A program made the translations under genes and the position numbers. The notes under the pieces are model-generated. The model was not told the DNA's origin, made no database searches, and saw only the letters and a list, made by a program, of their open reading frames with translations. Of a stretch of DNA of 48,784 nucleotides, positions 1 through 11,826 are shown in pieces. Source of the DNA: Ministeria vibrans ATCC 50519. Taxonomy: Eukaryota; Protista; Filasterea. The stretch covers positions 1-48,784 of the forward strand of contig CALSCP010001788.1 of assembly GCA_943704425.1 (NCBI GenBank), read 5' to 3'. The first letter of the stretch is position 1. Each line of letters begins with the position of its first letter.

Positions 1-133
1 TTTTTTTTTTTTTTTCATCTTGCCTTGTTTGTGGACATTGTGGCAATGTTTTTATTTTTTAATGATAATTTTGATGTTGTTAAAATTGTCTTGGACTCAA
101 AGCCTCTTTTCTTCTCTCGCGCCTGTTGAACAG

Positions 134-3100
134 GACCCCTCCGGCACGGTCACTGTCGATGGTGAGGTGAATGCAGGCATCATTCTCTTGAGTGGGGCGA
201 TTTTACTCGACAATATTGACTCGGCGATTCTCTTTGGCGCTGACCCCTGCGATTTTGCCTCGTGCGACTCCTCCCCATGCCTTTCCGGCGGCAGCTGCTC
301 TACAACCGACGCGGGTCCCGTCTGCGCGTGCGTCGCGGGCTACACGGGCGAGTTTTGCGCATCTAATATCAACGAGTGTGTCTCGTCGCCCTGTCTCAAC
401 AACGCCACTTGCGTCGACGCCGGCAATGGCTTCTCGTGCACCTGTGCGCCAGGCTACTTTGGCAACCTGTGCGAAGCCGACACCGACGAGTGCCAGAGTT
501 CTCCGTGTGTCTATGCTTCGACGTGTACCGACGTTGCGAATGGATTTCTGTGCACCTGCCTGGATGGCTACACAGGAGCCGCCTGTGATGCGGATATTGA
601 TGAGTGCGCTTCGAATCCTTGTCAAAATTTCGGCTCCTGTCTTGATTTGGTTAATTCCTTCTCATGCGAGTGTTTTTCTGGCTATGGCGGGCCCTTGTGT
701 GAGACAAACATCGACGAGTGCCTTTCGTTTCCCTGCCAAAACGGCGCGAGTTGCAACGACGCAGCCTACTCTTACACCTGCACCTGCCCGTCGGGTGTTA
801 CCGGCAGTCATTGCGAGTCGGATGTCGACGAGTGTCTAAGCGACCCGTGCGTGAACGGCGCGACGTGTGTCAACGCCGACGACAAATTCTTGTGCACCTG
901 TCCTCTCGGCTACACAGGCCTCTCGTGCGACATCGATATCAACGAGTGTGCTTCGTCGCCCTGCCTGAACCAGGGAACATGCGGCATGTCAGTGGTTGCC
1001 AACGACTACATTTGCGTCTGTCCAGACGGCTTCACCGGTGCCAACTGCGAAACCAACATTGACGAGTGCGCCAGCAACCCGTGCACCAACGGCGGTACCT
1101 GCACCGACGACATCTGGGCGTACGCCTGTACTTGCCCGACCGGTTTTGCCGGCGACGAATGCGAAACCAACGTTGACGAGTGCGCGAGTAGCCCCTGTCT
1201 TGCCAGCGGTACCTGTACGGACAAGGCAAATGGATTTATCTGTCAATGTCCCGAGGGTATCACTGGTGCCATCTGCGAGACCGACACGCGCCCATGTGCT
1301 TCATCACCCTGTCAAAACACGGGCACATGTACGCAGACGGGGACGTCTACATTTGTCTGTACTTGCTCCAGCGCCTACTCAGGTTTCTTTTGCGAGACAC
1401 CACTCAGCGGCTGTCAAATTTACGCATGTCTCAATGGTGGCGTATGCGACTCCACCTACCAGTGTGTGTGTGCCACCGGCTTTGACGGCGACGACTGTTC
1501 CAACAACTGTGGCATCACCCCGTGCGCCACGTCTGCCATCAGAGACATCCCTGTTCCAACATGGTCCCTTCCTGCTACGTGGGACGGCTCCGTGCCTGCC
1601 CTGTGCACAGCCGTCGATCTCGAGAACCTCGTACCAATTCCATTTGTTCTCATACTCTTTTTTTTTTCTCTCACAACCAACGTCCTTTTTTTCATTTTTT
1701 TTTTCAGGATCCCTCAAGCAGCAACTACATTGGCCAAGAGAACATACTTCTCGATGGTGTTGGCGCCGCACACACCATTTTGCTTGGCGGCTCCATTGTA
1801 TTCGACGCCGATGACTCGGTGTTGATCTTTGGTGAGGGGGCATGCTCAGTACCACAGGCACTGTGTGCTTCGTCATCTTGTGCCAACGGTGCCAGCTGCA
1901 CCGACAATCCCATTGAGTACTGGTGTACCTGCGCTGAAGGCTACACTGGCACTCAGTGCGAAATACTTGACGATAGATGTGCCTCTAGCCCATGTCATAA
2001 CAACGCCACTTGCTCGTGGGCGCAAAACAGTTTTAGTTGTGCGTGTGTCGCAGGATTCACCGGTGCCTTCTGCGAGGTTAACATTGACGAGTGTGACTCG
2101 TCACCGTGTCACTCAACGGCCACCTGTAACAATCTCGTGGGCTCTTTCAACTGTTCGTGTGCTCCGGGATACACGGAAGCTCGCTGCGACGCGGACGTGA
2201 ACGAGTGTGACGCGTTCCCCTGTCTTCACGGTGGCTCGTGTTTCAATTCGATAGGCAGCTTTTCGTGTGTGTGTGCCGACGGATTTACCGGCGCCGTGTG
2301 CGAGTCTGACATTGACGAGTGTGCGTCATTTCCATGCGAGAATGACGGCACGTGTGGCCAGGCGGGCGTCGTCGAGATACCGTGGTGCCTCTCCTGCTCG
2401 GGGTTTCCCATCTTAAGCGACGTTCATGTCGGCGACTTGGTGCGCTGGACTGTGAGCGACGGTCCACACACGGTGACGACCGTACCTGGAGCCCCCACAT
2501 CGTTTGACTCGGGCTTTATCACGACCGGAATCTACGAGCAAGTCATGTCTACTGTCGGATCAATCGACTACCAATGCGACGTTCACCCCACAGCCATGAT
2601 TGGAACGCTCAACGTCTTCCCCGCGCCCAGTGGCGGCCAGGGTCGTTTTACCTGCACATGCAACTCTGGCTATACTGGCGTCACGTGCGAGTCTGACGTT
2701 GACGAGTGTGCGTCGAGCCCTTGCCTCAATGGCGCGACGTGCGTGGACAGTGTCGACGGCTTTTCTTGCAGCTGTGTTGTGGGCTACAGTGGCGTCCTAT
2801 GCGAGACTGATGTGGCCGAGTGTGACTCGTCGCCGTGTGTCAATGGCGGCATCTGCGTCGACGAGTTAGATGGATTTGCGTGCAACTGTTCCTCGGGATT
2901 TAGCGGTGATATGTGCGAGGTGAACCTGTCCTATTGCTCCGAGCAGAATGCGTGCAACAGCGTCGGTGCGTGCAACACGACGGCGAACATCAATCCGTGT
3001 ACATGCTTGTCAGGCTACACCGGCATGTTTTGCGAGACTGAAATTGACGAGTGTGCGTCGAGCCCTTGCCTCAATGGCGCGACGTGCGTGGACAGTGTCG

Positions 3101-6100
3101 ACGGCTTTTCTTGCAGTTGTAATGCGGGTTTTACTGGGCGTTGGTGTGCGAGCGACATTGATGAGTGTATGTCGTCGCCATGCGTCAATAGTGGCACTTG
3201 CAGCAACGATGCAGGGTCATTCACGTGTGACTGTGTCGAGGGCTTTCGTGGAAGTCTTTGTGAAAACAATGTCATCTATTGCGATATGGCGGACCCATGT
3301 AACAATGCGGGCGTGTGCAACGACACAATCAAAGTGAATCCTTGCACATGTCACGCCGGCTTCGTCGGTATTTTTTGCGAGACGGATGTGGACGAGTGCG
3401 CTTCGGCGCCCTGTCTCAATGGTGCAAGTTGCCTTGACAGTGTCAACAATTTTACATGTGTATGCGTTGCTGGCTACACCGGCGTCCAATGCGAGACGGA
3501 CATCAACGAGTGCCAGTCTGATCCGTGCAGCAATGGTGGCGTCTGTTCCGACGCTATCAACGGTTTCACGTGTACCTGTGATAGCACAGGCTACACCGGC
3601 AGTCTCTGTGAGTCGTTGTTGACCGACCATTGTTCAAGCTCGCCTTGCGTTGGCACGGCCACGTGTCAATCGCTCGCCGCTCAGTTTGAGTGCACCTGTC
3701 CCACTGGCTACACCGGCCAGAACTGCTCCGCCAAAATTGACGAGTGCGCTTCGGCGCCCTGTCTCAATGGTGGCGTGTGTATGGACAACTTGGACTCCTT
3801 TGTGTGTATGTGCACTTCTGGTTACGCCGGTGACACCTGCGAGCTTGCTGATACGTGCGCCTCGTCGCCGTGTGTCAATAGTGCGGCGTGCACAAACTCG
3901 GTGGACGGACCTGTGTGCGTCTGTGGCACCAAGTTTACGGGTGTATTTTGTGAGCAGCTACTCACCGCGTGCAACAGTGGTACTGCCCCGTGTGCCAACG
4001 GCGGCACATGTTCACCATTTGTGGACACTTTTAATTGTACGTGCGCGCCTGGCTTTACCGGCAGTATGTGCGAGATCAGCGTTGACGAGTGTGTACCGCA
4101 GCCGTGTCTGAATGGCGCCACCTGTGAAGATGGAATTTTGTCATATATCTGTGTATGCACCACCGGCTATGAAGGCTTGCTATGCGATCGTGAAGTGATG
4201 ACGGGCTCTTGCAGCGTCGGCAGTGCACCATGCCAGAACAACGCGACGTGTGTCGACGTCACTACCGGTTATTATTACTGTGTGTGTGCCGCAGGCCACA
4301 CCGGCTCCGCCTGCGAGCACATTGACCAGTGCGCAAGCGACCCGTGCCTGAACGGAGCAAGCTGCGTCTCTGCCTCTGGCTCACATACGTGTGTGTGTGT
4401 TGCGGGCTTTACCGGTGGCGTTTGCGAGACCACCGTCGAGTGTGACTCGTCGCCGTGCAGGAACGGCGGCAGCTGCGTCGACCTGGGTACCGCTTTTTCG
4501 TGTATATGTGCAGCAGGGTTTACGGGTGTTACGTGCCAGGTGGACATTGACGAGTGTGCCAGCAGCCCGTGTCAGAATGGTGCCACCTGTATCGACCTAT
4601 TACATAGATTCAGCTGTAACTGCGTGGCAGGTTTTACTGGCGATCTATGCGCGACCGACATTGACGAGTGTGCGTCGGCCCCGTGTCCCCTGGTCGCCGT
4701 TTGTGTGGACCAAGTCAATGGCTTCAGCTGCGCCAGTGGCTGCCTCTCGATGCCCGTGCCGCCGTTTGCGACAGCTGTCAATGCAACGACCAGCCCGTAC
4801 CTGTTGGGCCAGGTGGTTGCCTCCGAGTGCAACACCGGCTACGAAACATCCTTGGCAGCCGGCTTCACCACCGTCTACACGCGGTGTCTTGGTAACGATC
4901 CGGCGGTCCACTCCGACTCGTGTATACCCGTGGTCTGTGGCGTGCTGCCAGGCGCGACTGGCCCAGGCACGGTGGGCCCCAACACCGGGAGTGCATCCGT
5001 ATCGTTCGCCTCCGACGGCGGTGTGTACTCGTGCAGTCCGGGCTACACAACAACGGGCGTGGTGGACGGCTCTTCATCCTACCGTGTCACTTGCGATGCC
5101 AATGGCACTTTTGTGGGCGACACAACGTCGTCAACGTGCCAACGGATTGTTTGTCCTGCTCTGCCACGACCAACTGACTCTCTCTTCTACATGACCGCGT
5201 CGACAGCGACCAGCGGTGTGACGTACCTCTATGGCGACCGGTTTAGCTACGAGTGTGACGCGGGCTTTACACTGTCCGGACGCGTCGATCAGACCACGAG
5301 GCTCTCGTACGAATGTAGTGCGACGGGCAGATGGACGGTCATCAGTAATGCGGCGACGGACAGCGTAACATGTACATTTGCCTGCAACACGACGCTCCTG
5401 ACGGAGAAACGCATCAATCCCCTCACCGGCGGCCAACTGCTCATTCCTGGCGAAGTCCACATCACCGTACCCGAGTTCTTTGGACCGGTCTCGACGCTTT
5501 TCCAGATCGAATCGTACCCCGTCTCGTGTCGCACCAATGCGCCGTCGGGTGCAGAGGCCAAATCGGAGTGGTATCGATTGCGTCCGTCGCCGCGTCTGTG
5601 GAGCCGTAACATTACTATTATGATGACCATGACAGCCGGCTCCTACTCTGCGCAGGATCATCCCTCAAACTTTTCCGTGATGTACGGCGATGGGGGCTCA
5701 TCGCTGTCGTGGGATCACGCGTTGGACACGACGGTGGATTTCAATACTGGCAAGATACGGGGACTCATGTCGCACTTTAGCGTCGTTGCAGCCTTTGGCA
5801 ATGTGACCAACCCGACAGGCACGACGCCCGTGACGAACGCGTCTGTGCCGACATCGTCGTCGTTCCCCATCATTGCCATTGTCATTGCCATTTTGCTGCT
5901 ACTTATTGTCATCATTGTGGTGCTGGTGTTGCGTCGCCGACGACGCAAACATGGCCACGGACTCAAGCGGCTGCGGGTGCATGGCGACTCGCGCATGAGC
6001 ATGTCCAGCATGACGAGTGTGGTACCGGAGGAGCACGACACATCTCACGTGGGCATTCAGCTCAACGAGTTGCATGTACAACCGGACGTGTCGCCCGTGC

Positions 6101-7716
6101 AGCTCGTTCAGACGAACCAGTACGATCGGCAGTCGTCGTCGGATGCGCCTTTCACTTTCAACGCCAACTCAGCCATGTACGAGCCGACCAACGACGGACT
6201 GCGTACCCACGAGTCCAACCAGTACCAGGGCATGGACAACAGCGATCGAAGCTCAGGTGCGCCCAGCAGTCACTACCAGTACTTTGTGGGTAACCCGAGT
6301 CGTCGCACGTCTGCGGCGGGCGATGTGGGCGGCACCGGTGTGGTGCCGCTGTACGAGCGTGTTGCCGATGGCTACGGCGGCTCCATGTACAGTGCGACGG
6401 CGTCGTCGGCAGGCTATGCGACGCTCGACTCGGAGCCCACCAGTGACGAGGTTGCTGCGTACGGCACGTTTGGGTTGCGCAGTGGCTCCAAGGCAGTGCG
6501 TCGCGGTAATCGCGAGTTTGACGAGTTCAAGCGACACATTAGCGTGCACGCGACGGTGCCTCCTGTCATTGACGAGGACTCCTCCCTGTCCACGCGCCCC
6601 TCCACGGTCGCGGATGGATCCACTGCAGCAGCGATCTCGGGCAGTTCGTTTGGTGGCAACAGCGAGGGCAGCTATGCGTATGCGATGTCGTCGGTGGCGT
6701 CGACGAGCCAGGAGGAGCCCGAGTACCGCTTTGTGGCGCCGGCCATGCGGGAGGAGTATATCTCGTTTATGGCGCCCAACGCAGACATTGTGCCCGACTA
6801 CGCGGGCGAGGTGACGCGCGACCACATCATCTTTGGGGCGCAGTTGGGTGGCGGTAGCTTTGGCGTGGTGCTGCGCGGGCGACTAATGCCGACCCCCAAT
6901 GCGACCGAGGGCGGACGCGATGTTGCGCTCAAGATGCTCACGACGGCCGACAAGGAGTGGGAAGTGTATGCGTTCAAGAAGGAGGTCGGCATGCTGGAGA
7001 AGCTGCGCCACCCACACATTACAACGATGGTTGCTAAGGTGACGGGTGGTGACGACCCGACGCGCTGGATCATTGTAATGGAGTTGGCACGCGGCTCGCT
7101 CCTGTCGCACCTGCAGAACCGCCCGGTGATGCCGGCCGACCAAATGTACATGACGCTTCAGATTGTATCGGGCTGTCGCTACCTCATGTCCATGAACGTT
7201 GTCCACCGTGACCTTGCGGCGCGCAACTGCCTTGTGTTCCGCAGCAACGACGGTCGCCAGCTCGTCGTCAAGATCACCGACTTTGGTCTGACGCGTGATC
7301 TTGCGCCCGTCGACCCCAACGCGGGTCGCTGGAACGCCGCCTACCAGCAGTCTCATGTGAGTTTGCTGCCCCCGGCCGCCCCTCCGGAGATGATGGAGCG
7401 CGGTGAGTCGTCCGAGAAGTCCGACGTGTTCCTCTTTGGCTTCCTCCTGTGGGAGATCTACTCGCTCGGCGACGAAATCCCTTTCGCGACGCCTTACCAC
7501 CTGGCGCTTTTTGGCAACCCACAGCGCCGACTGCCGCGTCTCGCGTGCCACGAGCGCATCATGAATCTCATCGACCGCTGCCTGCAGTACTCGCCTACTC
7601 TGCGTCCGACTTTTGAGGGTGTGGAGCGTGCCATGCACGACTTGTCGCGCAGCATCACCGAGGAGGATCGCACTCTGCGCCTGCGCTACGGCATTGAAGG
7701 CGAAACCATTGCCTAA
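134..7716 (+). CDS. Giant single-pass receptor tyrosine kinase, 5'-partial (about 34 EGF-like repeats, G8-like modules, cupredoxin insert, Sushi-like repeats, ZU5-like domain, TM, Tyr-rich juxtamembrane region, TK domain)
   Basis: Exons 134-1630 and 1708-7716 are joined in frame by a phase-0 GT-AG intron (1631-1707); the upstream acceptor is CAG at 131-133. Repeats have the calcium-binding EGF pattern D/N-I/V-D/N-E-C. TM IIAIVIAILLLLIVIIVVLVL (5869-5931) is followed by RRRRRK. Kinase motifs GGGSFG, VALK, HRDLAARN, DFG lie at about 6820-7640. Confidence 0.93.
2699..3116 (+). repeat. 73-nt exact direct repeat inside the EGF array (2699-2771 and 3044-3116)
   Basis: ttgacgagtgtgcgtcgagcc...cttttcttgcag is identical in both copies, including synonymous positions. 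A second 34-nt identical pair occurs at 3391 and 3739. Confidence 0.9.
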
Positions 7717-7811
7717 TACATTAATGCTACTTTTCCAAGAATAATCATATTTTTACCTTTCGTTCTGAATTGTGATTGACAAAGTGAAAGTCCTATTCCA
7801 TAGCCATAGAA

Positions 7812-7985
7812 GCATCGTTATTATTAATATTATTATTATAATTATAATAATAATTATTTTATATAATTATTTATAATAATTCTTATAATTATTATTATAA
7901 TTAATTATCATGATTCCTGTATCATTAATAAAAATAATTTATTATGGGTAATGTCTCACACATATTTATAATTTTCTTATAATTT
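7812..7985. repeat. AT-rich low-complexity (TAA/TTA) intergenic tract
   Basis: Degenerate ATT/TAA runs between the RTK stop and the transporter start. Confidence 0.8.
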
Positions 7986-8005
7986 TCTTGTTTGGTTTGT
8001 GCGTC

Positions 8006-9677
8006 ATGGAAGGTGACGACGATGATGTTGGGCATGAGTTGCGAAACTGGCGTGGCCACGACGACGGGAATGGGGAGATTGTCGGCAGTGAATTGCAGTT
8101 GACCAGTCGTCACAACAACACTGAAGAAGAAGCGGAGGAGACGGAGAATCGCGGGCTGCTTGAGCTCGTAAGGACAAGGCATGGTGTGGCCCTTGTGATT
8201 GCTGTCGTGTGGTTATAGGAGGCGGAGGACGGGGAGGAGCACAGGGACGGGGTTGGTCGTGCGACGGACAGCGCACGAAATGGTGGCAAAGTAAACCCTC
8301 TGAACCGCTACACCGCGTTGGTGGCCGCCTTTGCCACTGTCGGAGGGGTTTTGTTTGGCTACGACATTGGGGTGATTGGTGGCGCTCTTGTTATGACGGG
8401 GTTTCGCGAAACGTTCGGATGTGAGTGACTTGTGTTCGGAATCACTTTGTTGATGCACTAACACGGAAACCGCTCCGTCTCCCGTTGCAGGGCCCATCGT
8501 GAATGCTACCGCTTCGAATTCGTGTGACGACGTTGCAACCGATCCGGCCTGGGTTGCCGTGCAAACAGGCTGGGTGGTTTCCTCCTTTCTTCTTGCGGTA
8601 CGATGTGCTATGATTGCTTATGATTGTATAGTGTTCTGTGTTAATCCGAATTGGTATTGTTCATTGTGAAGTATTGTTCAATCAGAACTTTTCTTGCATC
8701 GTTCATGTTCAATCAGACGTGTTTAACATTCCTTTTAGTGCGCCATCAGTTCGACATTTGCTGGTTACTTAGTAAGCTGAGAAATTGTGAAGGTCATACT
8801 AACGGCCTCTTTCGCGTAGGCCGATCGACTAGGAAGACGCAAAACGATTGTTGTGGGGGCTGTAAGGGAAAACGAGTGGTGTGTATGTGTGTGTGTGTGT
8901 GTGTGTGTAAACTGTGACATTTTGCCAGTTTATCTTCACAGTGGGGGGAGTGCTTCAAGCAGCAAGCACCGTCTATGCAATGCTGTTGGTCGGGCGTATG
9001 GTTGCAGGGGTATCCATTGGCATACTGAGCACGACCATTCCGATGTTCCTGACTGAGCTGGCTCCGTCCGAAGTACGTGGGTGTTTTTCTCAGCCATGAA
9101 CTGAAGCTGTGCTGCGTAGGTTCGCGGGCGTCTGGTGTCCCTTCAGCAACTTGCAATTCAAGCAGGAATCACCGGTAGCTTTCTGTTAAATCTGGGAGTG
9201 CAGGATTTGGCGTATGGGTGGCGACTATCGCTGGGCGTGCAGGCTCTTCTTTCCCTTATTCTGCTTGTCGGGATGGGCTTTATGCCCGAGACACCGCGGT
9301 ATTCAAAAATGCAATATTTGTGTTCTCACTACTCTCTCTCTATCACTTTGTTTCTTCCTCCCTCCTTTCACTCTCTATCACTTTGTATCTTTCTCCCTCC
9401 TTTCTTTATCACTTTGTATCCTTCTCTCTCTTTTCTCTCTCTCCTGGTGTGTAGGTGGCTCGTGCGCGCGGGACGCAACGAAGAGGCGCTGCTTGTGCTC
9501 ACTCGCACGCGTACAGGTGGAGAGGCCGCAGTACGTGCCGAGCACAAAGACATTGTTGCGGCAGTGGAGGCGGAGCGAGAGCGTACACGTGCGGTGCGTT
9601 TCCGTGACATTTGTGCAGTCAAAGTTCGGCTGCGCACGATCATTGGTGTTCTTGTTATGTTCTTCCAACAAGTACGA

Positions 9678-9772
<95 letters not shown>

Positions 9773-10880
9773 AGTGTGTCCATGTGTGTATCTTATACAT
9801 TGTGTCTTGTTTAGGCAACTGGAGTCAATGTTGTGATGTTCTACGCTCCAACTCTCTTCACTCAGTCACTTTGTATCTCGGGCGGTGAATTGCTGGCTAC
9901 TGCGTAAGATTTGACTCACACAGAAAAAAGAGAGAGAGAGTATTTAGTTCCCTTTATCGCATGTTGTGGTTCGTGTAATAGCATCACGGGAGTGTCGATG
10001 CTTCTTGCGACGGTTGCGGCTGTGATGCTGATTGATCGCCAAGGCAGGTAATGAGATCCGATTGACTGAATTCTTTCTTTTTCTTTCTGATTGGGTGGGG
10101 TCTGTGCTCTGAACTTCTCATTATGTGGGGTCTGTGCTCTGAACTTCTCATTATTGTCTCACTTGTCGCTCTGTGTAGGAGGAAGCTTCTCCTGATTGGC
10201 TCACTGGGAATGTTGGTGTCGCTGTTGTGCGCAGCCATTGTGCTAACAGCAGTGGATGTGAAGCAGTCACCCAGTGCCGGTTATCTCATTGTCGTTCTCA
10301 TCTGCTCATTTGTTTCCTTCTTTGCTCTCTCATGGGGTTAGTCACACATAATTATATTATAAAATTATTGCCCACTCGTACGCAGAGCTTTCACTTGCTC
10401 ACACATTGTACACATCTCACTTACTTTCTCACTCACTTACTTACTTACTCGCTCACTCACTTACTTACTTACTCACTCACTCACTTTCTCACTCACTCAC
10501 TTACTTACTTACTCACTCACTCACTTACAAATTTACTCGCTCTTCTTTATATAGGGCCCATTGGATGGACCCTCCCACCTGAAATCTACCCACTTGAGCT
10601 GCGCGGACGCGCAATGGCCCTTACAACCTTCACAAACTGGACCTGTGCCTTTACTGTGGGAATCCTCACTCCTATTCTTTTGTCTTCTGCCGGCACTAAT
10701 GGAACCTTCTTCATGTTGTCCGTGTCGCTGTTTCTCGGGTTTCTTTATGTCTGGCTCTTTGTGCCCGAAACCAAACAGAAAAGTCTGGAGGATATGGAAA
10801 TGCTCTTTCGTGTCCAGTCCCGTCGCGAACTCGCTCGCTTTGTACACGATCGTTTTCACGAGGGTCTCAAGTGTCATTGA
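8006..10880 (+). CDS. MFS sugar porter family transporter (multi-exon)
   Basis: Spliced exons give GGVLFGYDIGVIGG, ADRLGRRK, ELAPSEVRGRL, PETPRWL, FFQQ-ATGVNVVMFY, GPIGW..PPEIYP..RG and PETKQKSLE, all sugar-porter signatures. Introns are GT-AG (first 8168-8218). Confidence 0.93.
9680..9770. repeat. (GT)n microsatellite in intron
   Basis: About 45 perfect GT units. Confidence 0.97.
10095..10154. repeat. 30-bp perfect tandem duplication in intron
   Basis: gtggggtctgtgctctgaacttctcattat occurs twice in tandem. Confidence 0.95.
10417..10527. repeat. (ACTC/ACTT)n tetranucleotide microsatellite in intron
   Basis: Mixed ACTC/ACTT units. Confidence 0.9.
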
Positions 10881-11058
10881 ATGCATAGTAACAGTACAAT
10901 ACGACGTAGTAATTTATCTTCTTCGAGCTCGACCAACCACATCACACACCACTCATCCCTCATCTGTCAATTCAGTTTTGCATAATACACATGCATGCTA
11001 TGAGCGAGTAAGATGTGAATTATGAAATTAGTTACTGAGTCAATTCATTTTGTCTTTT

Positions 11059-11826
11059 ATGAGTTCACCTCTTGTTGCGTATTCCACAAGCGACTCCGAC
11101 GACGACTCCGACGACAAAGACTCCGATGAACGCAATCACAATGGCAACATAGAGACACGCAAACGGCCAAGGGACGACGGGGAGAGCGCGAGCGGCGACA
11201 AGCGACAACGCACCTTTGAACACGAGAGTGGCAAGTGGGCGACGTCGCTGCTGCTCCCGTGCTCCCTCGACGAACGCCTAGGCGAGCTTGTGCAGGACCT
11301 GGTCAAGGCGATCGCCGGCCACGCGTCCCTGGCACTGCAGCTGCACCCTCACTTTCACATGAGCTTGTCGCGCACCTTTCCCATTGAGTATTGCCAAGTG
11401 GACGCATTGCGAAAGGCGTTGGCGCGTCGCTTGCTCGCCGACCGCAACGCCTTGCCCATCCAAACGCGCCTGGCCACCCCCGTGGCGCTGGTCAACGACG
11501 AGCGCACCCGCACCTTCCTTGCCTTTCCCGTGGCCGAGCCCGCGCACGGCGACGTCGTCCGCCTCATCCGCACCCTTGTCGATCCGACCCTCGTGCGCTT
11601 TTCACTGCCCGTCTACTACAAGGAGCCGCTGGTGCACGTGAGCGTGGCGAGTGTCGTGGGAGACGAGCGTGACCGTCTCAACGCCCTTCTCCGTCCCTCT
11701 GCCCTCTGCCCTCTCGACGACGACCTTTGGCAACAACTGCGCACCGCGCTTGTGCGTCAACGTGAGCAGGTGTCCCGTGTCGTGGTGATCAGAGCAGGCC
11801 ACCTGCAGGTCGACGTGCGCCCCTAG
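11059..11826 (+). CDS. USB1: U6 snRNA phosphodiesterase Usb1 (2H phosphoesterase), intronless
   Basis: N-terminal LVAYSTSDSD, RTFEHESGKWAT, two HxS motifs (HMSLS, HVSVA), and NDERTRTFLA. Confidence 0.9.
   Translation: MSSPLVAYSTSDSDDDSDDKDSDERNHNGNIETRKRPRDDGESASGDKRQRTFEHESGKWATSLLLPCSLDERLGELVQDLVKAIAGHASLALQLHPHFHMSLSRTFPIEYCQVDALRKALARRLLADRNALPIQTRLATPVALVNDERTRTFLAFPVAEPAHGDVVRLIRTLVDPTLVRFSLPVYYKEPLVHVSVASVVGDERDRLNALLRPSALCPLDDDLWQQLRTALVRQREQVSRVVVIRAGHLQVDVRP

Noticed and set aside
192-7638. Numerous overlapping and antisense ORFs inside the RTK and other genes
   Set aside because: Shadow ORFs of GC-rich coding sequence with no recognisable motifs.
134-7716. Notch ortholog
   Set aside because: No LNR/NOD or ankyrin repeats; the cytoplasmic part is a tyrosine kinase.
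10095-10154. CRISPR-like 30-nt repeat
   Set aside because: Two adjacent copies with no spacer, in a eukaryotic intron, and no cas genes.
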